NCBI GenBank assembly: GCA_050290185.1
Contig: JBNKHE010000008.1
Span: forward strand, 128,001 to 192,000
Reading direction: 5' to 3'
Origin: Pontiella sp.
GTDB taxonomy: Bacteria; Verrucomicrobiota; Kiritimatiellia; Kiritimatiellales; Pontiellaceae
DNA: 64,000 nucleotides
Shown piece by piece: positions 38,829-47,462 of the stretch. Within the stretch, counting starts at the first letter, position 1; each line of letters begins with the position of its first letter. Under the pieces are notes generated by a model, which saw only the letters and a program-made list of their open reading frames with translations, searched no databases and was not told where the DNA came from. The translations under genes were made by a program, and so were the position numbers.

Positions 38829-38913
38829 GAAGCCACGCTTGCTTCTCCGAAGCCTACTTGTCGTTGGATTTCTTGTGCTTCTTGCGGCCGACCTGGCTTT
38901 CCTCGGGGGAGAG
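38829..38913. repeat. Direct repeat copy 2 (3' end of the intact cytochrome c/b gene)
   Basis: Matches 34681-34765; minus strand encodes LSPEESQVGRKKHKKSNDK*. Confidence 0.9.
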
Positions 38914-40758
38914 CCTTTCTCGGTCGGCGGGGCTTTCGCGGCCGGTGAAAGCGGTCCACTTGACGGGATATTCCTCTGGATCGAACATCACGAAGTAGAA
39001 GTGCCAGATCACAATGGCGGCGCAGGCGAGAATGGCTTCGTAGTAGTGGATGGCCGTGCAGACATCGTAGAACCATTTCGGGAAGTGGGCGAGGGTCCAC
39101 TCCTCGTAGGTCATGAGCGTGCCGGTAAGCACCATGACGATCGAACCCCAGACGAGCGCCCAGTATTCGGCCTTTTCGATGTAGCTGTAGTGTTCGAAGC
39201 GGGCGCGTTCCTTGCGCAGACCGAGGTAGAAACCGAACATCTGGAAGGCATGAACCACGTCCGACCAGCGCGGGGCAAGCTGTTTGATCTGCCAGCGACC
39301 GCGTTTGGTAAAGATGATGTAGCCGATGTGGTAGATGCTCAGGGCGATGAAGATGATGGCCATCAATTTGTGTCCATATCCGCGCCAATCGGTCTGGCCA
39401 ACGAAGGGGCTGGCCCACCAGGCATCCGGATTCACCAGCGCGAAGCCGGTGTAGCCGAGCACAATGAAGGTGATGGCAAGAATGGCATGCTGGATACGCT
39501 CGCTGATGGTCATGCGGTGCGGTGCACCCTCTTCTTCGAGTTTATGAAGGTGCTCACGAATTTTTCTGAATAGATCAAATCCGTTATGCACCAGCATGCC
39601 GCCCAGTACGACGATGAACAACCAAACGTAAATAGTGCGGACGATGCCGGTGGCCTTGTGCTCGACTCCGGGCCGAGTGCCGGAATGAATCTGGCCGCGG
39701 GCCACCTGGTCCGTCACGCCGGCATGGCAGACACTGCAGGTTTTCTTCAGGTTGTTGGGGTTGATAGAGGAACGTGGGTCGCTGGAGGGTAGGATGTCGT
39801 GCTTTCCGTGACAGGAGGCGCAGTTGGCCGCCGTGAGGGAGCCGAGTCGCATGGAGAGACCGTGGTAGCTTTCCATGTAGGTTTCGACGGCAAATTCAGG
39901 CAATCGGTATTTGGTGACGATGCGTTCGGCTGCATGGCACTCTGCGCAGGTGGCCGATATGTGTGCGGCCGAGACTTTGGAGTCATCGGAGTCGGTCGAT
40001 GAAATGGTATGTTCACCATGGCAGTCGGTACAGGTGGGCGCATCATGGACGCCTTCGCTCACGGCTATTCCATGCACGCTCCGCTGGTAGGTGTTGGCGA
40101 TGTTTTCGTGGCATTTCCCGCAGGTGGTGGGAATGTTTTGCCAGTACAGTTTCGATTTTGAGTCGGTGGATTTCAGCAGGTTGTGCGAGCCGTGGCAGTC
40201 GGTACAAACGGGGGCGGTCGATCCATCATGCCGTCCCATGGCCAATCCATGGACGCTGTTTTCGTAACTGGAGATCGGTTCGAGCTGGTGAAGATTGAAT
40301 TTCTTCATCTGCTCCACGTCGCCATGGCAACGGGCGCAGGTCGCTGCGATATTCTTCCGGTTGATGGTCGAGGCTTCATTTCTGGAGGAGATGATATAGT
40401 GCGAGTCGCCGTGGCAGTCCTTGCAGGTGGCCGCCTGATCGCGCCCTTTTCGCAAGGCGATGCCGTGGGAGCTTTGCAGGTAGATTTCCGATTCGATATC
40501 GTGGCATTCCGCACAGTCGACTTTTTTCAGCGGAGTGTCGTGCATGGGGTCTTCAATGTCGTCGTGGCAACTGGTGCATTCGTTGTCGGCATGGACGGAT
40601 TGCCGGAAGCGTTCGCTGTCCACAGGACGGTCGGCATCGTCTTCTCCGTGGCATTCAAGGCAGTCGGCGTTGCTGATTTGTGCGCAGGTTGTGGAAACCG
40701 TTGAAAACAGTCCGATGGCGCAAAGCAGAAGAAGCAACGATGGGTAAGCTTTTTTCAT
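38854..40758 (-). CDS. CbcL-like multiheme cytochrome c (11 CxxCH) fused to FdnI/HydC-type cytochrome b
   Basis: Signal peptide and 11 CxxCH. TM domain has His ligands: 'ERIQHAILA', 'GHKLMA', 'YSYIEKAEYWALVWG', 'IHYYEAILA...IWHFY'. Confidence 0.9.
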   Translation of the reverse strand: MKKAYPSLLLLLCAIGLFSTVSTTCAQISNADCLECHGEDDADRPVDSERFRQSVHADNECTSCHDDIEDPMHDTPLKKVDCAECHDIESEIYLQSSHGIALRKGRDQAATCKDCHGDSHYIISSRNEASTINRKNIAATCARCHGDVEQMKKFNLHQLEPISSYENSVHGLAMGRHDGSTAPVCTDCHGSHNLLKSTDSKSKLYWQNIPTTCGKCHENIANTYQRSVHGIAVSEGVHDAPTCTDCHGEHTISSTDSDDSKVSAAHISATCAECHAAERIVTKYRLPEFAVETYMESYHGLSMRLGSLTAANCASCHGKHDILPSSDPRSSINPNNLKKTCSVCHAGVTDQVARGQIHSGTRPGVEHKATGIVRTIYVWLFIVVLGGMLVHNGFDLFRKIREHLHKLEEEGAPHRMTISERIQHAILAITFIVLGYTGFALVNPDAWWASPFVGQTDWRGYGHKLMAIIFIALSIYHIGYIIFTKRGRWQIKQLAPRWSDVVHAFQMFGFYLGLRKERARFEHYSYIEKAEYWALVWGSIVMVLTGTLMTYEEWTLAHFPKWFYDVCTAIHYYEAILACAAIVIWHFYFVMFDPEEYPVKWTAFTGRESPADRERLSPEESQVGRKKHKKSNDK

Positions 40759-40854
40759 AGTGTAAAGGTAGTTATAGGGCGACGCCAACGCAAATATAAT
40801 CCGTACACATTGTGTGTGTATTTATCCCTGCGCGCCGAGCGCTAGTCTTCAAAC

Positions 40855-40892
40855 AAAAAAAAAATAGCGGCGGATTTGATTCCGCCGCCATC
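40855..40892 (-). terminator. Intrinsic terminator between the two cytochrome c/b genes
   Basis: Minus strand reads GGCGGCGGA-ATCAAA-TCCGCCGCT followed by a long T-run. Confidence 0.75.
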
Positions 40893-40912
40893 GAGGTCAA
40901 AGGCATAAAACC

Positions 40913-43786
40913 TTATTTATAAACGAAAATCATCGAATAGATAATGCCGATGATCAGCGCGATTCCGATGGCCAGCGCGCACCAGGCAAAGAACGTGATG
41001 ACCTTGACCTTGTGCTCCGGCATTGGATCGGCGAGACGCTCCTCCAGTTTTCCGGTGCGCACCATCTCTTCATATTCACCCGGCTTTTCATGCTTGAGAT
41101 CTTCAAGAGGCATGCGGCCGGTGAAGATGACCTTGTCCATCGGGAACTTCTCTGGACGGAAGTGCGTGTTAAAGAAGTGGATGCTGAAGATGAACCCGGC
41201 GGCCAGCAATGCTTCATCGCTGTGGATAATAGTTGCCACATTGATGGCCCAGCCCGGCAGGAAGTGGGAGAAGAATACCGGGAACCAGAGGATGAGCCCG
41301 GACATACCGATGACAGCAATCCCCCAGAATACGGCGAGATAGTCAAATTTTTCCCAGTAGGTCCAGCGGCCGTATTGCGGGCGCGGGCCCTTGTGGAAAT
41401 ACCATTTGATGGTTTCGGCGAATTCCCGGAAGTCGCGCAGGGTTGGGAGCATGGTGTTCGGACCCAATAGCAATTCCTTCCAGGTTCCAAATTCGGTTTT
41501 CTTGCGGCGCGCCAGATCGTACAGATGAACAACGAAGATGACGACCATGACGAGCGCCGCGGAACGATGCAGTACACCTGTCACCGTGAACCCGCCGAGC
41601 GCCTTGGAAACGGCGACCGCCCAGGGCGTATAGGCAAATTTCAGCGTCATGCCGGTGGTGGCGAGCGTGAGGAAGCAGCAGATCATGGTGGCGTGCAGGA
41701 TGCGGTAGAGGAAGGTGAACCGTACGTAGAGCTTCTCGCCCGGCGCGGGTTTGTGGGCCAGACGTTCGCGGCGGGCATGCAGCGAGCGCGGCAACCACAG
41801 CAGGGTATGGATTCCGAAGAAGGTAAAGGTGCCCACGAGCAGAGCGGTCATGGCCCAGAAACTCCAGAAGATCCAGGGATACTTTTGCGGATCGTGGTGG
41901 GTGGCGTGGGTCAGATAGCCGGCAAACTTGCGGGTGGCTCCCGGATGGCATTGCTGGCAGGTCTGTACGATGTTCTCATGGCTTAGCGAGGAGTGTGGAT
42001 CGCTGATCGGCAGGATAGAGTGTGCGCCGTGGCAGTTATAGCACTTGGCGGCTTTGTCGAATCCAAGCTTGTTGGCCTTGCCGTGGAAGGTGTCAAAATA
42101 GGTTTTCGTGATTTCCTCGTGGCATTTGCCGCAACGGTCCATGATCACGAACTTGAAGTCGTCCATATCGGTGCGCTGGATGGTGTGGGCCGTATGGCAG
42201 TCGCTACAGACCGGAAGGCCGGCTTTATCCTCGGCAGATGCCTTGTCAATGGAGTGGATGCTGGCCGAGTATTGCTCATAAATGCCCTTGTGGCACTTGG
42301 CGCAGGTGGCCGCGATGTTTCCGCGGTTTACGCTCGAGTCGGGATTGGATGCAGGGAGTTCGCCATGGGCCGTATGGCAGCTCGTGCACATGGCCGTCAC
42401 AGACAAGCCGCTTTCAAGCAGGCCCTTGCCGTGGATGCTTTGCACGTAGTTGTTGACGATTTCGTGTTCTTTCCCTTGGTAGCGCACGGCAGCCTGTCCA
42501 TCTTCGCGATGGCACTGGGCGCACAGGGAGGGCACGCTGGTCGGGTACGTGGGCGAGGTGATATCGGTCTTGCCCAGTACGCCATGGGTTCCATGGCAAT
42601 CCGTACAGACGGGCGCGTTTGGATTGTTTTCGGCATGGAGCTGACCGTGTGTGCTCTTCTGATACTGTTCCACCTGATCGTTGTGGCAAACCGCGCAGTC
42701 AACCTTTTCGGTGACCGTGTCGCAGGCGCGCTCGTGGCTGGGTGTGACGCCGGTATGGCACTGGGCGCAGGCCACTTCGTTGTGCATGGAATGATCCAGT
42801 TGATCGCCGGCCACATACATCGACCGTCCGTCTGCTGCTTTCAGGTCCTCATGACTGTGGCACATGAGGCAGTCGGCATTGGCGACTCCCTGTTCGTAGA
42901 AGACCTTGCGGGCCTTGTGCGGCTGGTGACATTCGACGCAGACCGGAACGGTTTCCGGTTGTTCTTCCCACCGCTGGCCGTTGATGATCTTGCGGTGCAC
43001 CCTTTCGATTTCCGAGTGGCATTGCAGGCAGGTGGATACGACGTTGTTCTGAGCAATCGATGATTTTGGGTCGGTATGGGGGAGAATGTCGTGTGCCGTG
43101 TGGCAGGAAATGCAGGTGGCGCTGCCGCTCAGCCCTTTTTTGAACAGGCCTTCACCGTGGATGCTCAGGGAATAGTTTTCAAGGATGTGGTCTTCGGGAA
43201 TGTCCCGCTGCTCCATAACCTCCGTGCCTTCGCTATGGCAGGAACCGCAGAGAAAGGGGATCTTGAGCGGGGATACCGAGGATTTTCGATCGTCCACCGG
43301 CAGGATATTGTGCGATCCGTGGCAGTTTTGGCAGCGCGGGGCCAGTGGATCGCCCTTGGCCAGAGCCTGTCCATGGATACTGGCGACGAAGGATTTTTCC
43401 TGATCGTCATGGCAGCTCAGGCAGTTGACGCGCTCCAGCGGGGTGTCGTGCGGAAGCTCCACGCCATCGAGATCCGTATGGCAATCAATACAATCCAGCC
43501 CGCCGTGAACCGAGTCATCGAAGACCACTTCATCGACATAAACCGGAACTTCAACGCCGTTGCGATCCATCGTCAACGAGTCGTCTTCGTGGCAGTCGAG
43601 ACAGTCGCTGTTATCCGCGATGGCTCGTGGTGCAACGCTCATGGCAACTGTGCAACACAGCAATAGTGAAAAAGCCCGCCCTAAAATATTGAGTTTAGAA
43701 ATCACACCCGTCCCCCCGGTTCCTGTATCCGTATTTCCATGATTCATCATGCGCCCCGTTGCATTTGAAGCAAACCTCCCGTTCAT
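40913..43786 (-). CDS. Large CbcL-like multiheme cytochrome c (19 CxxCH) fused to cytochrome b (true start may be downstream of 43786)
   Basis: 19 CxxCH counted. TM cytochrome b domain: 'RILHATM', 'LHRSAA', 'GRWTYWEKFDYLAVFWG', 'IHSDEALLAAGFIFSIHFFNTHFRPEKFPMD'. Confidence 0.9.
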   Translation of the reverse strand: MNGRFASNATGRMMNHGNTDTGTGGTGVISKLNILGRAFSLLLCCTVAMSVAPRAIADNSDCLDCHEDDSLTMDRNGVEVPVYVDEVVFDDSVHGGLDCIDCHTDLDGVELPHDTPLERVNCLSCHDDQEKSFVASIHGQALAKGDPLAPRCQNCHGSHNILPVDDRKSSVSPLKIPFLCGSCHSEGTEVMEQRDIPEDHILENYSLSIHGEGLFKKGLSGSATCISCHTAHDILPHTDPKSSIAQNNVVSTCLQCHSEIERVHRKIINGQRWEEQPETVPVCVECHQPHKARKVFYEQGVANADCLMCHSHEDLKAADGRSMYVAGDQLDHSMHNEVACAQCHTGVTPSHERACDTVTEKVDCAVCHNDQVEQYQKSTHGQLHAENNPNAPVCTDCHGTHGVLGKTDITSPTYPTSVPSLCAQCHREDGQAAVRYQGKEHEIVNNYVQSIHGKGLLESGLSVTAMCTSCHTAHGELPASNPDSSVNRGNIAATCAKCHKGIYEQYSASIHSIDKASAEDKAGLPVCSDCHTAHTIQRTDMDDFKFVIMDRCGKCHEEITKTYFDTFHGKANKLGFDKAAKCYNCHGAHSILPISDPHSSLSHENIVQTCQQCHPGATRKFAGYLTHATHHDPQKYPWIFWSFWAMTALLVGTFTFFGIHTLLWLPRSLHARRERLAHKPAPGEKLYVRFTFLYRILHATMICCFLTLATTGMTLKFAYTPWAVAVSKALGGFTVTGVLHRSAALVMVVIFVVHLYDLARRKKTEFGTWKELLLGPNTMLPTLRDFREFAETIKWYFHKGPRPQYGRWTYWEKFDYLAVFWGIAVIGMSGLILWFPVFFSHFLPGWAINVATIIHSDEALLAAGFIFSIHFFNTHFRPEKFPMDKVIFTGRMPLEDLKHEKPGEYEEMVRTGKLEERLADPMPEHKVKVITFFAWCALAIGIALIIGIIYSMIFVYK

Positions 43787-43915
43787 ACGTGGCCTCGATA
43801 TGGTTGTCTATATAATCTGAGATAATATTAAGAATTTATAATGTGTATAAATATAGAGGATAAAAATCCTTAACGTTTGCGGTTATTAGCTCCTGTACAC
43901 GTCATGGTGGAGCAC

Positions 43916-44416
43916 TTATGGAGCGGCTGAATTTGTGCTTCCGCAGCAAGCGTTCGTTGCATTTTGCAACGGGCAGCACGCGCTGTTCGTTGACGTGCAA
44001 ACCGGAGGATGACCCGGAGGAAGCGTGGTTTGAATCGACGGATGTCCGGGAGGCAGGGTGGCTTGGACGGGGGGATGTCCGGCAGGGAGGTTGCCCGTCG
44101 TTGATTCCGCTCCGATCGTGTTGATGCCGTCGGCGAAATAGACGGTCTCGAAGGTACGGTCGAGTGTCTTGCTGTAGAAGTTTTTCATCGGCAGTCCGGG
44201 CGGTGCAACGACCTTTTCTCCCGCCTTGAATTCGCTGGCGGGAACGGCATACCAAACGTTGCTGCCTTCGATCGCAAGCTGGACGTATGTATAGGAGCCA
44301 CTGTCTTCTGTGGAGACCACCGTTCCTATAGTCGGGGATGTTGCGTCTTCGGCTGCGGCATAGCCCGAAAAACCGGCTATGAGTGCAAGAATGATCCATT
44401 TTCGAAGGTCTGGCAT
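43916..44416 (-). CDS. Periplasmic OB-fold (NrfJ-like) protein with LPxGHP repeats and a Cys-rich tail
   Basis: Signal peptide; 'GTVVSTEDSGSYTYV...WYAVP...MKNFYSKTLDRTFETVYF'; three LPxGHP motifs; tail CTSTNSACC...NACC. Confidence 0.7.
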   Translation of the reverse strand: MPDLRKWIILALIAGFSGYAAAEDATSPTIGTVVSTEDSGSYTYVQLAIEGSNVWYAVPASEFKAGEKVVAPPGLPMKNFYSKTLDRTFETVYFADGINTIGAESTTGNLPAGHPPVQATLPPGHPSIQTTLPPGHPPVCTSTNSACCPLQNATNACCGSTNSAAP

Positions 44417-44435
44417 GGGTATCTTTTCCTTTTTG

Positions 44436-45926
44436 CTACATCACGGGAACGCCGGTGTGGCATTCATCGCAACTGGTTTCTTTCCATTCCTCGTCGATAT
44501 CCTCGGGATGTTTGAATTCCAGCCCGCCGGTATTGATGCTTGAAACATCGCGACCCGGTCCCTGTGCAATGATGGTGTGGCATAGATTGCAGTCGCGGGA
44601 GATGACCTGTCCCTGTTCGCTTTCGTGGTCGCCATTATGGCAGCGGAAGCAGCCGGGCGTGATCATATGGCCGATGTGGTCGGGGTATACCTGCCAGCTG
44701 ACATTCATTTCCGGGAACATGTTTTGCCGGTAGATCTGCTGTATGGCATGAATGGCGTTGAGCACATTTTCGCCGCCCTCGGGGTAGGCTTCGGTTAAGG
44801 TTTCGTCGATCGTCTGGAGGGCTTCTCCCTCGGTTTCGTATTTCCCCGTGAGCACTTCGATTCCGTTGGCCTTGATTTCCGGTATGGAAGGATCAAGTCG
44901 GCCATTTGCCAGCGCATCGTTGAGCGCCCGTTCCGGCGAATGATACTGGTGGGTGGGGCGGTTGTGGCAGTCGATGCAGTCCATCGTGCGTATTTCCGCA
45001 CTGGCGATCTGCTCGGGTGTCAGTTGCTTGCTCTTTTCCGAGGTCTGGAAAATCGTTTCATTGCCCTGGTCGTCAGTCATTCGCACCCATGGGATTTCGA
45101 GCCGTTTTTCATCGGCGGCAATATACTCGATTTTATTGTTTCCGGAAACGTGCCAGTGAATGCCCTGGGGTCGGCCGTGGGCCGGATCGCCGCCGCCCAC
45201 CTTGAGTAGCATCTGGATAGTCCAGGGGCTGTTGTCCTCATCGGCACGGAAGTAGGTGCGCTTCAGTTCCTGGGCACCAAAGAACTTTTCAGGCCAGTGG
45301 CACTCGTAGCAGGTTTCCTTGGCCGGGCGCAGGTTATGCACCGGGGTTTCGATCGGCCGGTGGTACTTATCGAAAATGACGGAGTAGACCTGATATAACC
45401 CGTTGATCTTCGATTTTACGAAAAAGTCGGCGCCCGGGCCAATATGGCATTTCACGCAACCCGCATTCGCATGCGGTGAGTTTTGGTAGGCGGTGTATTC
45501 GGGCTTCATGACCTCGTGGCAGGTTTTTCCGCAGAACTCGACCGATTCCGTAAAATGATAGGCCCGGTAGCCGCCTACCACACTGAGGCAGATAAACATC
45601 AAGGTAACGATGACGATGATGGCAAAGTTGCGGAATTGATAGCCATCATTAAGGTTGATGATCGGCATTCGGGTCGGCTCTCCGTGTCCTTTTAATCTGC
45701 GCTTACGCTCAAAAATAACGCCAATAAGAATCAGGAGCAGGCCCGTGATGAGGAATATGGGAACCACCATATAGGTAAAGATGCCCGTGTAGGGGTTCTC
45801 GAAATGGGTTTGCATGTCGATCACGATCAGCGTGGTGCCGGTAATAAATCCGAATGCGGCCATCACAATACCAACAAGGCTGAGAATGTTGCGGACCAGG
45901 CTGTGTTTTGATGGGTTTCGTTTCAT
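44436..45926 (-). CDS. ImcH-like NapC/NirT family inner-membrane multiheme cytochrome (7 heme motifs)
   Basis: Three N-terminal TM helices; 'TESVEFCGKTCHEVMKPEY..Y.NSPHA'; one CxxxCH and six CxxCH. Confidence 0.88.
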   Translation of the reverse strand: MKRNPSKHSLVRNILSLVGIVMAAFGFITGTTLIVIDMQTHFENPYTGIFTYMVVPIFLITGLLLILIGVIFERKRRLKGHGEPTRMPIINLNDGYQFRNFAIIVIVTLMFICLSVVGGYRAYHFTESVEFCGKTCHEVMKPEYTAYQNSPHANAGCVKCHIGPGADFFVKSKINGLYQVYSVIFDKYHRPIETPVHNLRPAKETCYECHWPEKFFGAQELKRTYFRADEDNSPWTIQMLLKVGGGDPAHGRPQGIHWHVSGNNKIEYIAADEKRLEIPWVRMTDDQGNETIFQTSEKSKQLTPEQIASAEIRTMDCIDCHNRPTHQYHSPERALNDALANGRLDPSIPEIKANGIEVLTGKYETEGEALQTIDETLTEAYPEGGENVLNAIHAIQQIYRQNMFPEMNVSWQVYPDHIGHMITPGCFRCHNGDHESEQGQVISRDCNLCHTIIAQGPGRDVSSINTGGLEFKHPEDIDEEWKETSCDECHTGVPVM

Positions 45927-46046
45927 GGCTGTATCCTGCTGTAGTTTAATCGCTTCCTATTCCTAGGCGCCTTGAAAATGAGTTTGGTGAGCAGGATAGT
46001 CAAGTTAAATGTGGATATATGGGTATGTTTATAATGTATTGCAATT

Positions 46047-46070
46047 TAATATAGACGTCGAGATCCATAA
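46047..46070. promoter_or_regulatory. Candidate Rrf2 operator TAGAC-N6-ATC (also at 46705-46720 and, on the minus strand, 43795-43810)
   Basis: TAATATAGACgtcgagATCCA, TAAAGTAGACatcgggATCTT and TTATATAGACaaccatATCGA, all in AT-rich intergenic regions of the cytochrome locus. Confidence 0.45.
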
Positions 46071-46134
46071 TATGCTTGTCTGTGCTCAGTCTGAGGAATA
46101 GAATTTAAACCGAGTTAAAGGGAAGAGCTTTATA

Positions 46135-46572
46135 ATGATGTCGTTATCGCAAACTACAGGGCATGCAATTCGGGCCCTGGCCTGTCTGGCGGGGTGTGCA
46201 AATCCACCGGCAAACATCAAGGATGTAGCCTCGTGCGCCGGGGTTCCCTCGGCCTATCTGGCTAAAATCGTAAAGAAACTTAATGATGCCGGCATTGTTG
46301 CCTCCAAGCGTGGCAGTACGGGCGGGATATGGCTGGCACGGCCCGCCAAGCTGATCAGCCTGTACGAAGTGTCCTGTGCAGTGGAGGGGCCTGATTTTCT
46401 GAGTCCTTGCCTGTTCGGGCCGGAACCCTGTGGCAGTGAGCGCGAATGCCCCAATCATGAATTCTGGGTGAAAAACCGCGAAATGATCCGTAGGGAGCTG
46501 GAGCGTACCAAGCTTTCCGATGTGCTCGAATTCTATCGGGGCCGGGGCAGGCATCAAATGCCTGCGGAGTGA
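46135..46572 (+). CDS. Rrf2 family transcriptional regulator, probable Fe-S sensor
   Basis: 'YLAKIVKKL..AGIV.SKRG..GG..LARP'; C-x6-C-x5-C-x2-H motif (CLFGPEPCGSERECPNH). Confidence 0.92.
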   Translation: MMSLSQTTGHAIRALACLAGCANPPANIKDVASCAGVPSAYLAKIVKKLNDAGIVASKRGSTGGIWLARPAKLISLYEVSCAVEGPDFLSPCLFGPEPCGSERECPNHEFWVKNREMIRRELERTKLSDVLEFYRGRGRHQMPAE

Positions 46573-46811
46573 ATCGGGTTCGAGAAGGTAGAGTGTGATC
46601 TTTCTGCAGGCCCCGTTTGTTTCCCTTTTTTTTTACAGGCGCTTCGCCTGATTCTTGCACGTTTTAACGCCGGCGAGGCTGTCGTCCTGAGATTGAATTT
46701 AAAGTAGACATCGGGATCTTTTTATCTGGATGTTGTGTGGCGGGTTTATTATTACTGACCTGATAACCATTATCAGCGGAAAACGTTGGAGCCATAAACC
46801 GGGAGCAGAAA

Positions 46812-47390
46812 ATGAAAAAGTGGATAGTTTTCAGTAGTATCGGTCTTTCAATGATGTTTGTTTCATTCGCTTCGGGGCAGTCCGAAGACGTGTCCAAGCT
46901 GGTGGGTACCAAGAAATGCGCGATGTGCCACAAAAAGGATGATGGCGGAAACCAATATGGAAAGTGGATGGAAGCAAGCCACTCCAAGGCCTATGAAGTG
47001 CTCGCTTCCGACGAGGCCAAGGCGGTTGGCACCAAGCTGGGAATCGACAATCCGCAAACCAGCGGCGCGTGTCTGAAGTGCCATTCCACGGCCTATTACT
47101 TTACCGAAGAGCTCAAAAGCGACGCCGTTGCGGTCGAAGATGGCGTTTCCTGCGAGTCGTGCCATGGCCCCGGCGCCGACTATAAGAAAAAATCGATCAT
47201 GCAAAACCACGACGATGCGGTGGCCAACGGAATGGTTGCCGACGCGAAGACGCGTTGTGTAGTCTGTCACAACGATACGGGCCCGACCTGGAATCCCGAG
47301 CGCTACACCTTGCCTGATGGCACAACCACCGGATTCGATCTGACTCAAGCCTACGAAAAGATCAAACACGAAAAGCCTGCGGCAGAATAG
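46812..47390 (+). CDS. Periplasmic tetraheme cytochrome c (c554/c552-like)
   Basis: Signal peptide; CAMCH, CLKCH, CESCHGPG, CVVCH; 'QYGKW...HSKAY' motif. Confidence 0.88.
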   Translation: MKKWIVFSSIGLSMMFVSFASGQSEDVSKLVGTKKCAMCHKKDDGGNQYGKWMEASHSKAYEVLASDEAKAVGTKLGIDNPQTSGACLKCHSTAYYFTEELKSDAVAVEDGVSCESCHGPGADYKKKSIMQNHDDAVANGMVADAKTRCVVCHNDTGPTWNPERYTLPDGTTTGFDLTQAYEKIKHEKPAAE

Positions 47391-47462
47391 CGATCCAAGG
47401 GGCCGCGAATGGCCCTTTGGTACGCTGTGAAACATGGCTAAAAGCATCAGTATACTGTCAGA

